From Eledone cirrhosa (taxonomy: Eukaryota), in the NCBI GenBank assembly GCA_964016885.1, contig CAXHJY010000646.1:9057-73056 (forward strand): 64,000 nt of DNA, written 5' to 3'. The notes under the pieces were generated by a model. That model ran no database searches and was not told where the DNA came from. It was given only the letters and a program-made list of their open reading frames with translations. The stretch's first letter is position 1. Each line of letters begins with the position of its first letter. Positions 1 to 12,700 of the stretch are shown here, piece after piece. The translations under genes were made by a program, and so were the position numbers.

Positions 1-1750
1 GGGGTAGTGGTGAGGTGTGAAGTAGTTAGTTCTATAGGTACTGGGGGGTAGTGATGAGGTGTGAAGTAGTTAGTTCTATAGGTACTGGGGGTAGTGGTGA
101 GGTGTGAAGTAGTTAGTTCTATAGGTACTGGGGGGTAGTGGTGAGGTGTGAAGTAGTTAGTTCTATAGGTACTAGGGGTAGTGGTGAGGTGTGAAGTAGT
201 TAGTTCTATAGGTACTGCGGGGGTAGTGGTGAGGTGTGAAGTAGTTAGTTCTATAGGTACTGGGGGTAGTGGTGAGGTGTGAAGTAGTTAGTTCTATAGG
301 TACTGGAGGGTAGTGGTGAGGTGTGAAGTAGTTAGTTCTATAGGTACTGGGGGTAGTGGTGAGGTGTGAAGTAGTTAGTTCTATAGGTACTGGGGGTAGT
401 GGTGAGGTGTGAAGTAGTTAGTTCTATAGGTACTGGGGGTAGTGGTGAGGTGTGAAGTAGTTAGTTCTATAGGTACTGGGGGGTAGTGGTGAGGTGTGAA
501 GTAGTTCTATAGGTACTGGGGGTAGTGGTGAGGTGTGAAGTAGTTAGTTCTATAGGTACTGGGGGTAGTGGTGAGGTGTGAAGTAGTTAGTTCTATAGGT
601 ACTGGGGGTAGTGGTGAGGTGTGAAGTAGTTAGTTCTATAGGTACTGGGGGTAGTGGTGAGGTGTGAAGTAGTTAGTTCTATAGGTACTGGGGGGTAGTG
701 GTGAGGTGTAAAGTAGTTAGTTCTATAGGTACTGGGGGTAGTGGTGAGGTGTGAAGTAGTTAGTTCTATAGGTACTGGGGTAGTGGTGAGGTGTGAAGTA
801 GTTAGTTCTATAAGTACTGGGGGGTAGTGGTGAGGTGTGAAGTAGTTAGTTCTATAGGTACTGGGGGGTAGTGGTGAGGTGTGAAGTAGTTCTATAGGTA
901 CTGGGGGTAGTGGTGAGGAGTGAAGTAGTTAGTTCTATAGGTACTGGGGGTAGTGGTGAGGTGTGAAGTAGTTAGTTCTATAGGTACTGGGGGGTAGTGG
1001 TCAGGTGTGAAGTAGTTCTATAGGTACTGGGGGTAGTGGTGAGGTGTGAAGTAGTTCTATAGGTACTGGTGGTAGTGGTGATGTGTGAAGTAGTTAGTTC
1101 TATAGGTACTGGGGGTAGTGGTGAGGTGTGAAGTAGTTAGTTCTATAGGTACTGGGGGTAGTGGTGAGGTGTGAAGTAGTTAGTTCTATAGGTACTGGGG
1201 GTAGTGGTGAGGTGTGAAGTAGTTCTATAGGTACTGGGGGTAGTGGTCAGGTGTGAAGTAGTTAGTTCTATAGGTACTGGGGGGTAGTGGTGAGGTGTGA
1301 AGTAGTTCTATAGGTACTGGGGGTAGTGGTGAGGTGTGAAGTAGTTAGTTCTATAGGAACTGGGGGTAGTGGTGAGGTGTGAAGTAGTTCTATAGGTACT
1401 GGGGGGTAGTGGTGAGGTGTGAAGTAGTTAGTTCTATAGGTACTGGGGTAGTGGTGAGGTGTGAAGTAGTTCTATAGGTACTGGGGGGTAGTGGTGAGGT
1501 GTGAAGTAGTTAGTTCTATAGGTACTGGGGGGTAGTGGTGAGGTGTGAAGTAGTTAGTTCTATAGGTACTAGGGGTAGTGGTGAGGTGTGAAGTAGTTAG
1601 TTCTATAGGTACTGCGGGGGTAGTGGTGAGGTGTGAAGTAGTTAGTTCTATAGGTACTGGGGGTAGTGGTAAGGTGTGAAGTAGTTCTATAGGTACTGGG
1701 GGTAGTGGTGAGGTGTGAAGTAGTTCTATAGGTACTGGTGGTAGTGGTGA
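1..1750. repeat. G-rich minisatellite, unit about 43 bp (39-44 bp variants)
   Basis: Unit GGGGGTAGTGGTGAGGTGTGAAGTAGTTAGTTCTATAGGTACT is repeated; variants lack one TTAG or vary in G-run length. The array runs off the window start. Confidence 0.97.
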
Positions 1751-2204
1751 TGATGTTGGTATTCAAAAAAAAAAGAAAGGTATTTAATTAGTCATGTGAT
1801 GAAGGTGTGTGTTGTGGGAGATAGTTCCAACACTCCCTCAGGCACCCCACCACCACCACCAGCACCACCACCATAATGTCTATCTGTCTGTCAACCAACT
1901 GCTGTCAAGAAAAAGAAATTCAAAACACATCTATAAGGTCTTTAGGTTACATTTTTGGTTCTCTTGTTTTGTTTTGTGCAGTGAGGGGTTTTTGCTGAGT
2001 TTGTTGAGAACAGTTGCTACCTCTCACTCTCACTGTCACAGTTCCCCCCCCCCCCCCCGCGGAGGTTAACCCTTTAGTGTCCAAACCAGCCAAAACCGGC
2101 CAGAATTCTCTACCTCTTTCTGTTGAAACTGGTTGTAACTGGTCACTCAAACTGAAGTGAAGGTATTGTTCACAAAATAAATACTTTCAAAATCTCATAG
2201 ATTG

Positions 2205-5200
2205 GATATTATGTGAGATATTGTGTGAGGTAAAGCCTTTACCGTGAAAATATAATAGTATAAATACAGTATGTGATATATTATGTGAGATATTATGCGA
2301 GGTAAAGACTTTACCATGGAAATATAATAGTATATATAGAGTATGTGAGATATTATGCGAGGTAAAGACTTTACCATGAAAATATAATAGTATATATAGA
2401 GTATGTGAGATATTATGTGAGGTAAAGCCTTTACCATGAAAATATAATAGTATATATAGAGTATGTGAGGTAAAGACTTTACCAGGAAAATATAATAGTA
2501 TATATAGAGTATGTGAGATATTATGTGAGGTAAAGACTTTACCAGGAAAATATAATAGTATATATAGAGTATGTGAGATATTATGTGAGGTAAAGCCTTT
2601 ACCATGAAAATATAATAGTATATATAGAGTATGTGAGATATTATGTGAGGTAAAGACTTTACCAGGAAAATATAATAGTATATATAGAGTATGTGAGATA
2701 ATTACGCGAGGTAAAGACTTTACCATGAAAATATAATAGTATATATAGAGTATGTGAGATATTATGTGAGGTAAAGACTTTACCAGGAAAATATAATAGT
2801 ATATATAGAGTATGTGAGATAATTACGCGAGGTAAAGCCTTTACCATGAAAATATAATAGTATATATAGAGTAATGTGAGATATTTATGCGAAGTAAAGC
2901 CTTTACCATGAAAATATAATTGTTTCTACTTTAGGCACAAGGCCAGCAATTAACCATTGCATTACTGGTACTTTATTTTATCGACCCCGTAAGGATGAAA
3001 GGCAAAGTAAACCTCGGCGGGATTTGAACTCAGACCGTAAAGGGACATAACTGTGCTGCAAAGCATGGCGTCCGACCCTCTACCGATACTGCCAATCCAC
3101 CGTGAAATATAATAGTATATATAGAGTATGTGAGGTAAAGACTTTATCATGAAAATATCATAGTATATATAGAGTATGTGAGATATTATGTGAGGTAAAG
3201 ACTTTACCATGAAAATATAATAATATATATAGAGTATGTGAGATAATATGTGAGGTAAAGCCTTTACCATGAAAATATAATAGTATATATAGTGTATGTG
3301 AGGTAAAGACTTTACCATGAAAATATAATAGTATATATAGTGTATGTGAGATATTATGTGAGGTAAAGACTCTACCATGAAAATATAATAGTATATATAG
3401 AGTAAGTGAGATATTATGTGAGGTAAAGACTTTACCAGGAAAATATAATAGTATATATAGAGTATGTGAGATATTATGTGAGGTAAAGACTTTACCATGA
3501 AAATATAATAGTATATATAGAGTATGTGAGATAATTATGCGAGGTAAAGCCTTTACCATGAAAATATAATAGTATATATAGAGTATGTGAGATAATTATG
3601 CGAGGTAAAGCCTTTACCATGAAAATATAATAGTATATATAGAGTGAGTGAGATTTATGTGAGGTAAAGACTTTACCATGAAAATATAATAGTATATATA
3701 GAGTATGTGAGATATTATGTGAGGTAAAGACTTTACCAGGAAAATATAATAGTATATATAGAGTGTGTAAGATATTATGTGAGGTAAAGCCTTTACCAGG
3801 AAAATATAATAGTATATATAGAGTATGTGAGATATTATGTGAGGTAAAGACTTTACCATGAAAATATAATAGTATATATAGAGTATGTGAGATATTATGA
3901 GAGGTAAAGACTTTACCATGAAAATATAATAGTATATATAGAGTATGTGAGATATTATGAGAGGTAAAGACTTTACCATGAAAATATAATAGTATATATA
4001 GATTATGTGAGATATTATGCGAGGTAAAGCCTTTACCATGAAAATATAATAGTATATATAGAGTATGTGAGATATTATGTGAGGTAAAGACTTTACCATG
4101 AAAATATAATAGTATATATAGAGTATGTGAGATATTATGTGAGGTAAAGCCTTTACCATGAAAATATAATAGTATATATAGAGTATGTAAGATATTATGT
4201 GAGGTAAAGACTTTACCATGAAAATATAATAGTATATATAGAGTATGTGAGATATTATGTGAGGTAAAGACTTTACCATGAAAATATAATAGTATATATA
4301 GAGTATGTGAGATATTATGCGAGGTAAAGCCTTTACCATGAAAATATAATAGTATATATAGAGTATGTGAGATATTATGTGAGGTAAAGACTTTACCATG
4401 AAAATATAATAGTATATATAGAGTATGTGAGATATTATGTGAGGTAACGACTTTACCAGGAAAATATAATAGTATATATAGAGTATGTGAGATATTATGT
4501 GAGGTAAAGACTTTACCATGAAAATATAATAGTATATATAGAGTATGTGAGATATTATGTGAGGTAAAGACTTTACCATGAAAATATAATAGTATATATA
4601 GAGTATGTGAGATATTATGCGAGGTAAAGCCTTTACCATGAAAATATAATAGTATATATAGAGTATGTGAGATATTATGCGAGGTAAAGACTTTACCATG
4701 AAAATATAATAGTATATATAGAGTATGTGAGATATTATGCGAGGTAAAGACTTTACCATGAAAATATAATAGTATATATAGAGTATGTGAGATATTATGT
4801 GAGGTAAAGACTTTACCATGAAAATATAATAGTATATATAGAGTATGTGAGATATTATGTGAGGTAACGACTTTACCAGGAAAATATAATAGTATATATA
4901 GAGTATGTGAGATATTATGTGAGGTAAAGACTTTACCATGAAAATATAATAGTATATATAGAGTATGTGAGATATTATGTGAGGTAAAGACTTTACCATG
5001 AAAATATAATAGTATATATAGAGTATGTGAGATATTATGCGAGGTAAAGCCTTTACCATGAAAATATAATAGTATATATAGAGTATGTGAGATATTATGC
5101 GAGGTAAAGACTTTACCATGAAAATATAATAGTATATATAGAGTATGTGAGATAATTATGCGAGGTAAAGCCTTTACCATGAAAATATAATAGTATATAT

Positions 5201-5265
5201 ATAGAGTATGTGAGATATTATGTGAGGTAAAGACTTTACCATGAAAATATAATAGTATATATAGT
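2205..5265. repeat. 60-bp minisatellite
   Basis: Unit GAGGTAAAGACTTTACCATGAAAATATAATAGTATATATAGAGTATGTGAGATATTATGT with an internal inverted repeat GGTAAAG-N-CTTTACC; interrupted once by a SINE. Confidence 0.97.
2921..3102 (-). mobile_element. tRNA-derived SINE family A inserted in the 60-bp array
   Basis: Minus strand has an A-box TGGCAGTATCGG, a B-box GAGTTCAAATCC, the central GCCTTTCATCCTTACGGGGTCGATAAAATAAAGTACCAG and the tail GTAGAAACA. AAATATAAT is duplicated on both sides. Confidence 0.9.
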
Positions 5266-5319
5266 GTAATGTGAATGTTAAAGGGTTAACTTTGCTTTTC
5301 TCCCCTATGGTGGGAGGGT

Positions 5320-5415
5320 GTCAATAAAATAAAGTACCAGTAATACACTGAGATAATTGCTGGCCTTGTGCCAAAAGTAGAAACAATTATATTATTATTA
5401 TTATTATTATTATTA
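5320..5415 (+). mobile_element. 3' fragment of SINE family A with (ATT)n tail
   Basis: ATAAAATAAAGTACCAGTAAT...GCTGGCCTTGTGCCAAAAGTAGAAACA followed by (ATT)n. Confidence 0.8.
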
Positions 5416-5796
5416 TTTGGATGAAATTATTAGGGCATCCATGGAAGTGCTTATGTGGTTCAACTTTGCATTTCATCCTTCTGTGGTGATGATACACTTG
5501 CCCCAGTCCAGTAGACCCTTGGTGGGACCATGGTGGTTGTATTCGATGTCTCTATGGATAGTTGATTCTATATTTCTCTTAGAATGGTGAGACTATAACC
5601 TCTGATGAGTATTCTTAGTCTTATGTGGTTTAATTATAATTGATAGTTTGTTTTCAATGATCGATTACATAGATTGATTTTAAGCTACACTCTACAGAAT
5701 ATAAAATAGTGCTATAAGGTCTCTCTAATGATTCCATCTTCTCTGAAATGTGTATTTGGTATATATACAATATACTGTTACCTGTAAGATACATGG

Positions 5797-5908
<112 letters not shown>

Positions 5909-6026
5909 CTTTTAAATTTGATTATTATGGCTCTAGATAAAGTCTATTGAGCTCGTTTATTGAGAAACACCAAATTCTAACATATTTGATATGTTTTGGT
6001 TCATTATTTGTATGTGTATATATATA

Positions 6027-6320
6027 TCATCATCATCATCAACGTTTAACGTCCGTGTTCCACACTTGCATGGGTTTGGACGGGGGTTTTACCACTTGAG
6101 GCAAGAGTGATTGTCTTGCTCGCATAGGACTGTCTGGCAGGTTTTCTACAGTTGGATGCCCTTCCTAACACCAACCACATTTACAGTGTGGGTCTGGGAG
6201 GTTTTTACCGTGTTGCCTACACGGCCACATTACAGCGTGGACTGTGCGTTTTTTGTCGTGACACCTACACGATCTCATTTGTTTCGGCCTGAATGGTGTG
6301 GCACCAACATAACTTTACAG
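6027..6320 (-). mobile_element. RTE LINE 3' UTR fragment with (GAT)n tail
   Basis: Near-identical to the 3' UTRs attached to RTE ORF remnants at 54365-54662 and 59715-60020. Confidence 0.85.
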
Positions 6321-6353
<33 letters not shown>

Positions 6354-6361
6354 GTATATAT

Positions 6362-6831
6362 AAGGTAAATAGAAATAACAACACAATCGATACAGTATAT
6401 GGAAGGTATATATTAGGTTAACGCTTGATATAGCAGGAAGAGGGTCTTAACGTTTCGGACGCTAGTCCTTCATCAGAAGAAAGAATGAGAAATAAAATAG
6501 ATTGAGGGGACGGGCGGGTTGGAATTGGAAAAAATGTCTTTAGATAAAAATAACAGGTCCATTCATGTTGACATCTCTTGGAAAACTGTTGGTGCTGGCG
6601 TTTTGTGTATGATTTATTTTTTAGAAAAGTGGATGATGGAGCGCGTCTACCTGAAATGGGAAAAAAAACAAAACGTTTTGTAAAACGAGCTAAACTTGTG
6701 AGTAAAAGAGTGTGTGCTTGTAAGTAAGAAACTATGAGCAAAAGTATGTAAATATAAGGGTGTGTGTGTATACAGAGCAGTGAAGGGAAAAAGGAGTGTG
6801 CATAGTTTGTTGGTCTGTATTGGTTGTAAGA

Positions 6832-6832
<1 letters not shown>
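6362..6832 (-). mobile_element. Penelope-like pseudo-LTR repeat carrying a minimal hammerhead (copy 1)
   Basis: A homologous copy lies at 14283-14820; contains the HHR motif at 6445-6480. Confidence 0.65.
6445..6480 (-). ncRNA. Minimal type I hammerhead ribozyme
   Basis: Minus strand TCTT-CTGATGA-A-GGAC-TAGC-GTCC-GAAAC-GTT-AAGA: intact core, stem I TCTT/AAGA, stem II GGAC/GTCC, palindromic stub stem III (AACGTT) typical of PLE HHRs. Confidence 0.75.
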
Positions 6833-6903
<71 letters not shown>

Positions 6904-7300
6904 GTTTGATTATGTGTAATAAGGCCAAGACAATGCAGGTATGGACATAGAAAAAAGAATGCAATAGTGAAAGATATTGATGTGAATTCATCTTTCACCT
7001 TGAATTTATTTAAATGTCCTTAATTTTCGAGATAATATCTCTTCTTCGGAGGGAAGTAAAGGTCTCAAACCAGCGTCTTTAAATCCTCTATATATATATA
7101 TATATATAAATAAAAATTATCACTCTACATGGCTGAATACAATAAATATAATCTGAGGTTTCCGAATATTAATAATAATATTCGATTCGTTTGCAATTAT
7201 GCAAGAATGAGGGACTCGTTCTACTGACATGGCTTTAAAAAAAGGTTGTTTGTGTAATTGCAAACAAATCGAATAAAACTCAGATTACATTTATATATAT

Positions 7301-8584
7301 ATGTATAATAAGCCACTATACTTAGCCTTTGTCGACCTAGAGAAGGCCTTTGATAGGGTACCCTCTTCTGTCATCTGGTGGTCCCTAGGTGTTGAGGAAT
7401 GGCTTGTGAGGACAGTGCAAACTTTGAACAGAGGTACTCTCAGTAAAGTCAGGGTAGGAATGGAGTTTAGTGAGGAATTCCAGGTACAAGTAGGAGTACA
7501 TCAAGGTTCGGTCCTCAGCCCGCTCTTGTTCATTATAGTCCTCCAAGCCATAACAGAGGAGTTTAAGACTGGCTGTTCATGGGAACTTCTCTATGCTGAT
7601 GATCTGGTTCTTATAGCAGAATCAGTAGAGGAGCTAGAGAATAAATTCTGGTTATGGAAACAGCACTTTGAATCAAGAGGACCGAGAGTGAACCTAGCTA
7701 AGACAAAAGTGTTGATGAGTAGAAAAGAGGACAGAACTCTGATTCCGTCAGGGAAATGGCCATGTTCGATATGCAGAAAAGGAACGGGCATAAATTCTAT
7801 AAAATGCACACAATGCAGATCCTGGGTACACAAGAGATGTAGTGGGAAAGCAGGCAAGCTAACAGGTAGGGAGAAATACGTATGCAGTAGATGCACAGGG
7901 AAAATAGACAGTAGAAGTCGCATTGATAGACATAGACACACTTTTCAAATGCAGGAGGGCGCTATAGAAGTGGTGGATAGCTTCCGGTACCTAGGAGATC
8001 AGATTAGCATGGGTTGAGGGTGTTCCGAGGCCATAGTATCTAGAATAAGGACGGGTTGGAAGAAGTTTAGGAAGCTGCTTCCTCTACTGACGAAGAAGGG
8101 TTTCTCCCTGCGTCCGAAAGGCCGGTTGTATGATGCCTGTGTGAGGATCGCGATGCTGCATGGTAGTGAGACATGGGCAGCAACCGCAGAGGATATGCGA
8201 CGGCTGGAGAGAAATGAGGCAAGCATGCTCCGTTTGATGTGCAGTGTAGATGTGCGTGAACGACCCAGCGTATATGTGTTGAGAGAGAAACTGTGTCTGA
8301 GAGGGATAGAATGTAGTGTACGGGAGAGGAGACTGAGGTGGTATGGACATGTGATGCGCATGGAATATGACCGATGGGTGAAGCAGTGCCAGGAATTGCC
8401 AGTTGAAGGAAGACGTGGTAGACCACGAAAAACATGGGCGGAGGTGGTGAGAACAGACCTCAGATCATTGAAGCTCACGGTGGAGATGACGAAGGACCGT
8501 GACGAGTGGAGAGATGCTGTGCTGAATAAGACCCGTCCCACCCTTGCAAGCAGGGAAAAGTGGATGCAAGATGATGATGATGAT
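7301..8584 (+). mobile_element. 5'-truncated RTE-clade LINE (RT C-terminal half with PHD-like insert, (GAT)n tail)
   Basis: Motifs FVDLEKAFDRV, GVHQGSVLSP, LLYADDL, FRYLG, RRLRWYGHV and RGRPRKTW; premature stop at 8015-8017. Confidence 0.95.
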
Positions 8585-8734
8585 ATGTATATATATATAT
8601 TATATATATATATATTTATATATATATAAATATATATATATGTAATATAAGTTTACCCGGGTTCAATCGTCAGGGTAACCACAGTATGTAAGGTATATAT
8701 ATAGCAGAGTATAAATATTTAATATAGAAGCCCT

Positions 8735-8783
8735 GCTTCTTGATGATTTCTCCCAAATGAAACAGTTCTAGTTCTGTAGAAGC
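8735..8783 (+). ncRNA. Degenerate type I hammerhead (family B)
   Basis: GCTTC-TTGATGA-TTTCTCCCAAAT-GAA-ACAG-TTCTAGTT-CTGT-A-GAAGC with C3>U. Stem I GCTTC/GAAGC covaries with GATTC/GAATC in the other copies. Confidence 0.55.
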
Positions 8784-8907
8784 CATTTCTACATTAAATA
8801 TATTTAATATATGTGGTTAGAAAAAGCTATCTCACTTACCGCTTTTCACAGGCGCCGCTCTCCGGCCACCGCATGCCACACCATACCCACAATATATATA
8901 GTTATCC

Positions 8908-8958
<51 letters not shown>

Positions 8959-9727
8959 CAATAACAGAGATAGTTTAAAGCTAAACTCTGACTGGTAACC
9001 ATCTCACTCAACAAACATTAGGTTATATTAAAATATAAACCCAATTTAAGTGTTTGGGGTGCTAACAAAATGTACAATGTGGAAAAACCAGTTGTATTAT
9101 TTCATGAGATATAATTAAAGTTAAAGTATATCTATATATATGTGTATATATATATATAGAGAGAGAGATGAAGGGAATATAAAGTGAGATATAGACAGAT
9201 AAGCAGCAATATAGGTATATCATCATAAGGCAATAGAGCAGCTATGTGGTTAATGCCTATACCTTCAGGTGAACCAATACTGCTAGATGGAAACTGTGAA
9301 AGCCTGTTGAGGGCCTTTTATTTTAGGATCATCCTGTATCAGTATGTGCTCTTCTTTTATCTTGATTTAATTGCCATCTTTGTTGAAGAACCCCTACATT
9401 GTTTTCTTCCACTTTACCCCAATCCCCCAAAAGCTCCCTTTATTGATAAGCAGCTAGTGGTATACTAGAATGATCAATGCTGTTCATATCCCCCCCCCCC
9501 CCGAACTGTTTTTGGCCTCTAGTAGACAGCTGATAAGTATATATGATTTTGTCTGTCTCCTGTGCTAATTGTCATGTATGTATCTGTATCTGTATCTGTG
9601 TGTGTGTGTCTGTGTGTCTCTCACTGCCTGTATTAGTATCTATGTAACCTAACTGTTGGTTTCACCAAGGTCAACAAAAACCAGTTCTAGCTTCAAAAAG
9701 AAAAGTACTGGTTGATGAAATCCCTTC

Positions 9728-12700
9728 AAGGTAGTGCTCCAGTATGGCCACAGTCTAATGACTGACACCAGTAAAACAGTACTGAGGTTGATATGGTAGA
9801 CTATATCAAGGTAGTGCCCCAGTATGGCCACAGTCTAATGACTGACACCAGTAAAACATTACTGAGGTTGATATGGTAGACTATATCAAGGTAGTGCCCC
9901 AGTATGGCCACAGTCTAATGACTGACACCAGTAAAACAGTACAGAGATTGATATGGTAGACTATATCAAGGTAGTGCTCCAGTATGGCCACAGTCTAATG
10001 ACTGACACCAGTAAAACAGTAGTGAGGTTGATATGGTAGACTATATCAAGGTAGTGCTCCAGTATGGCCACAGTCTAATGAATGACACCAGTAAAACAGT
10101 ACTGAGGTTGATATGGTAGACTATATCAAGGTAGTGCCCCAGTATGGCCACAGTCTAATGACTGACACCAGTAAAACAGTACTGAGGTTGATATGGTAGA
10201 CTATATCAAGGTAGTACCCCAGTATGGCCACAGTCTAATGAATGACACCAGTAAAAGAGTAGTGAGGTTGATATGGTAGACTATATCAAGGTAGTACCCC
10301 AGTATGGCCACAGTCTAATGACTGACACCAGTAAAACAGTACTGAGGTTGATATGGTAGACTATATCAAGGTAGTGCCCCAGTATGGCCACAGTCTAGTG
10401 ACTGACACCAGTAAAACAGTACTGAGGTTGATATGGTAGACTATATCAAGGTAGTACCCCAGTATGGCCACAGTCTAATGACTGACACCAGTAAAACAGT
10501 ACAGAGGTTGATATGGTAGACTATATCAAGGTAGTGCCCCAGTATGGCCACAGTCTAATGACTGACACCAGTAAAACAGTACTGAGGTTGATATGGTAGA
10601 CTATATCAAGGTAGTGCCCCAGTATGGCCACAGTCTAATGACTGACACCAGTAAAAGAGTAGTGAGATTGATATGGTAGACTATATCAAGGTAGTGCCCC
10701 AGTATGGCCACAGTCTAATGACTGACACCAGTAAAACAGTACAGAGGTTGATATGGTAGACTATATCAAGGTAGTGCCCCAGTATGGCCACAGTCTAATG
10801 ACTGACACCAGTAAAACAGTAGTGAGGTTGATATGGTAGACTATATCAAGGTAGTGCCCCAGTATGGCCACAGTCTAATGACTGACACCAGTAAAACAGT
10901 ACTGAGGTTGATATAGTAGACTATATCAAGGTAGTGCCCCAGTATGGCCACAGTCTAATGACTGACACCAGTAAAACAGTACTGAGGTTGATATGGTAGA
11001 CTATATCAAGGTAGTGCCCCAGTATGGCCACAGTCTAATGACTGACACCAGTAAAACAGTACTGAGGTTGATATGGTAGACTATATCAAGGTAGTGCCCC
11101 AGTATGGCCACAGTCTAATGACTGACACCAGTAAAACAGTACTGAGGTTGATATAGTAGACTATATCAAGGTAGTGCCCCAGTATGGCCACAGTCTAATG
11201 ACTGACACCAGTAAAACAGTACTGAGGTTGATATGGTAGACTATATCAAGGTAGTGCCCCAGTATGGCCACAGTCTAATGACTGACACCAGTAAAACAGT
11301 ACAGAGGTTGATATAGTAGACTATATCAAGGTAGTGCTCCAGTATGGCCACAGTCTAATGACTGACACCAGTAAAACAGTACTGAGGTTGATATAGTAGA
11401 CTATATCAAGGTAGTGCTCCAGTATGGCCACAGTCTAATGACTGACACCAGTAAAACAGTACAGAGGTTGATATAGTAGACTATATCAAGGTAGTGCTCC
11501 AGTATGGCCACAGTCTAATGACTGACACCAGTAAAACAGTACTGAGGTTGATATGGTAGACTATATCAGGGTAGTGCCCCAGTATGGCCACAGTCTAATG
11601 AATGACACCAGTAAAACAGTACTGAGGTTGATATGGTAGACTATATCAAGGTAGTGCCCCAGTATGGCCACAGTCTAATGACTGACACCAGTAAAACAGT
11701 ACTGAGATTGATATGGTAGACTATATTAAGGTAGTGCCCCAGTATGGCCACAGTCTAATGAATGACACCAGTAAAACAGTAGTGAGGTTGATATGGTAGA
11801 CTATATCAAGGTAGTGCCCCAGTATGGCCACAGTCTAATGACTGACACCAGTAAAACAGTAGTGGGGTTGATATGGTAGACTATATTAAGGTAGTGCCCC
11901 AGTATGGCCACAGTCTAATGACTGACACCAGTAAAACAGTACTGAGGTTGATATGGTAGACTATATCAGGGTAGTGCCCCAGTATGGCCACAGTCTAATG
12001 AATGACACCAGTAAAACAGTACTGAGGTTAATATGGTAGACTATATCAAGGTAGTACCCCAGTATGGCCACAGTCTAATGACTGACACCAGTAAAACAGT
12101 ACTGAGGTTGATATGGTAGACTATATCAAGGTAGTGCCCCAGTATGGCCACAGTCTAATGACTGACACCAGTAAAACAGCAGTGAGGTTGATATGGTAGA
12201 CTATATCAAGGTAGTGCCCCAGTATGGCCACAGTCTAATGACTGACACCAGTAAAACAGTACTCAGGTTAATATGGTAGACTATATCAAGGTAGTGCCCC
12301 AGTATGGCCACAGTCTAATGACTGACACCAGTAAAACAGTACTGAGGTTGATATGGTAGACTATATCAGGGTAGTACCCCAGTATGGCCACAGTCTAATG
12401 ACTGACACCAGTAAAACAGTACTGAGGTTAATATGGTAGACTATATCAAGGTAGTGCCCCAGTATGGCCACAGTCTAATGACTGACACCAGTAAAACAGT
12501 ACTGAGGTTGATATGGTAGACTATATCAAGGTAGTACCCCAGTATGGCCACAGTCTAATGAATGACACCAGTAAAACAGTAGTGAGGTTGATATGGTAGA
12601 CTATATCAAGGTAGTGCCCCAGTATGGCCACAGTCTAATGACTGACACCAGTAAAACAGTACTGAGGTTGATATGGTAGACTATATCAAGGTAGTGCCCC

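Larger units (their letters stand above)
2066..5289. mobile_element. piggyBac-like MITE (TTAA-CCCTTTA...TAAAGGG-TTAA) with an internally amplified 60-bp array
   Basis: Left end TTAA|CCCTTTAGTGTCC at 2066; right end GAATGTTAAAGGG|TTAA ending at 5289. The termini differ only by transitions. A TTAA target and CCC termini are piggyBac hallmarks. Confidence 0.6.

Noticed and set aside
3492-5180. 562-aa and 501-aa ORFs
   Set aside because: They are by-products of a stop-free 60-bp repeat that is open in two frames.
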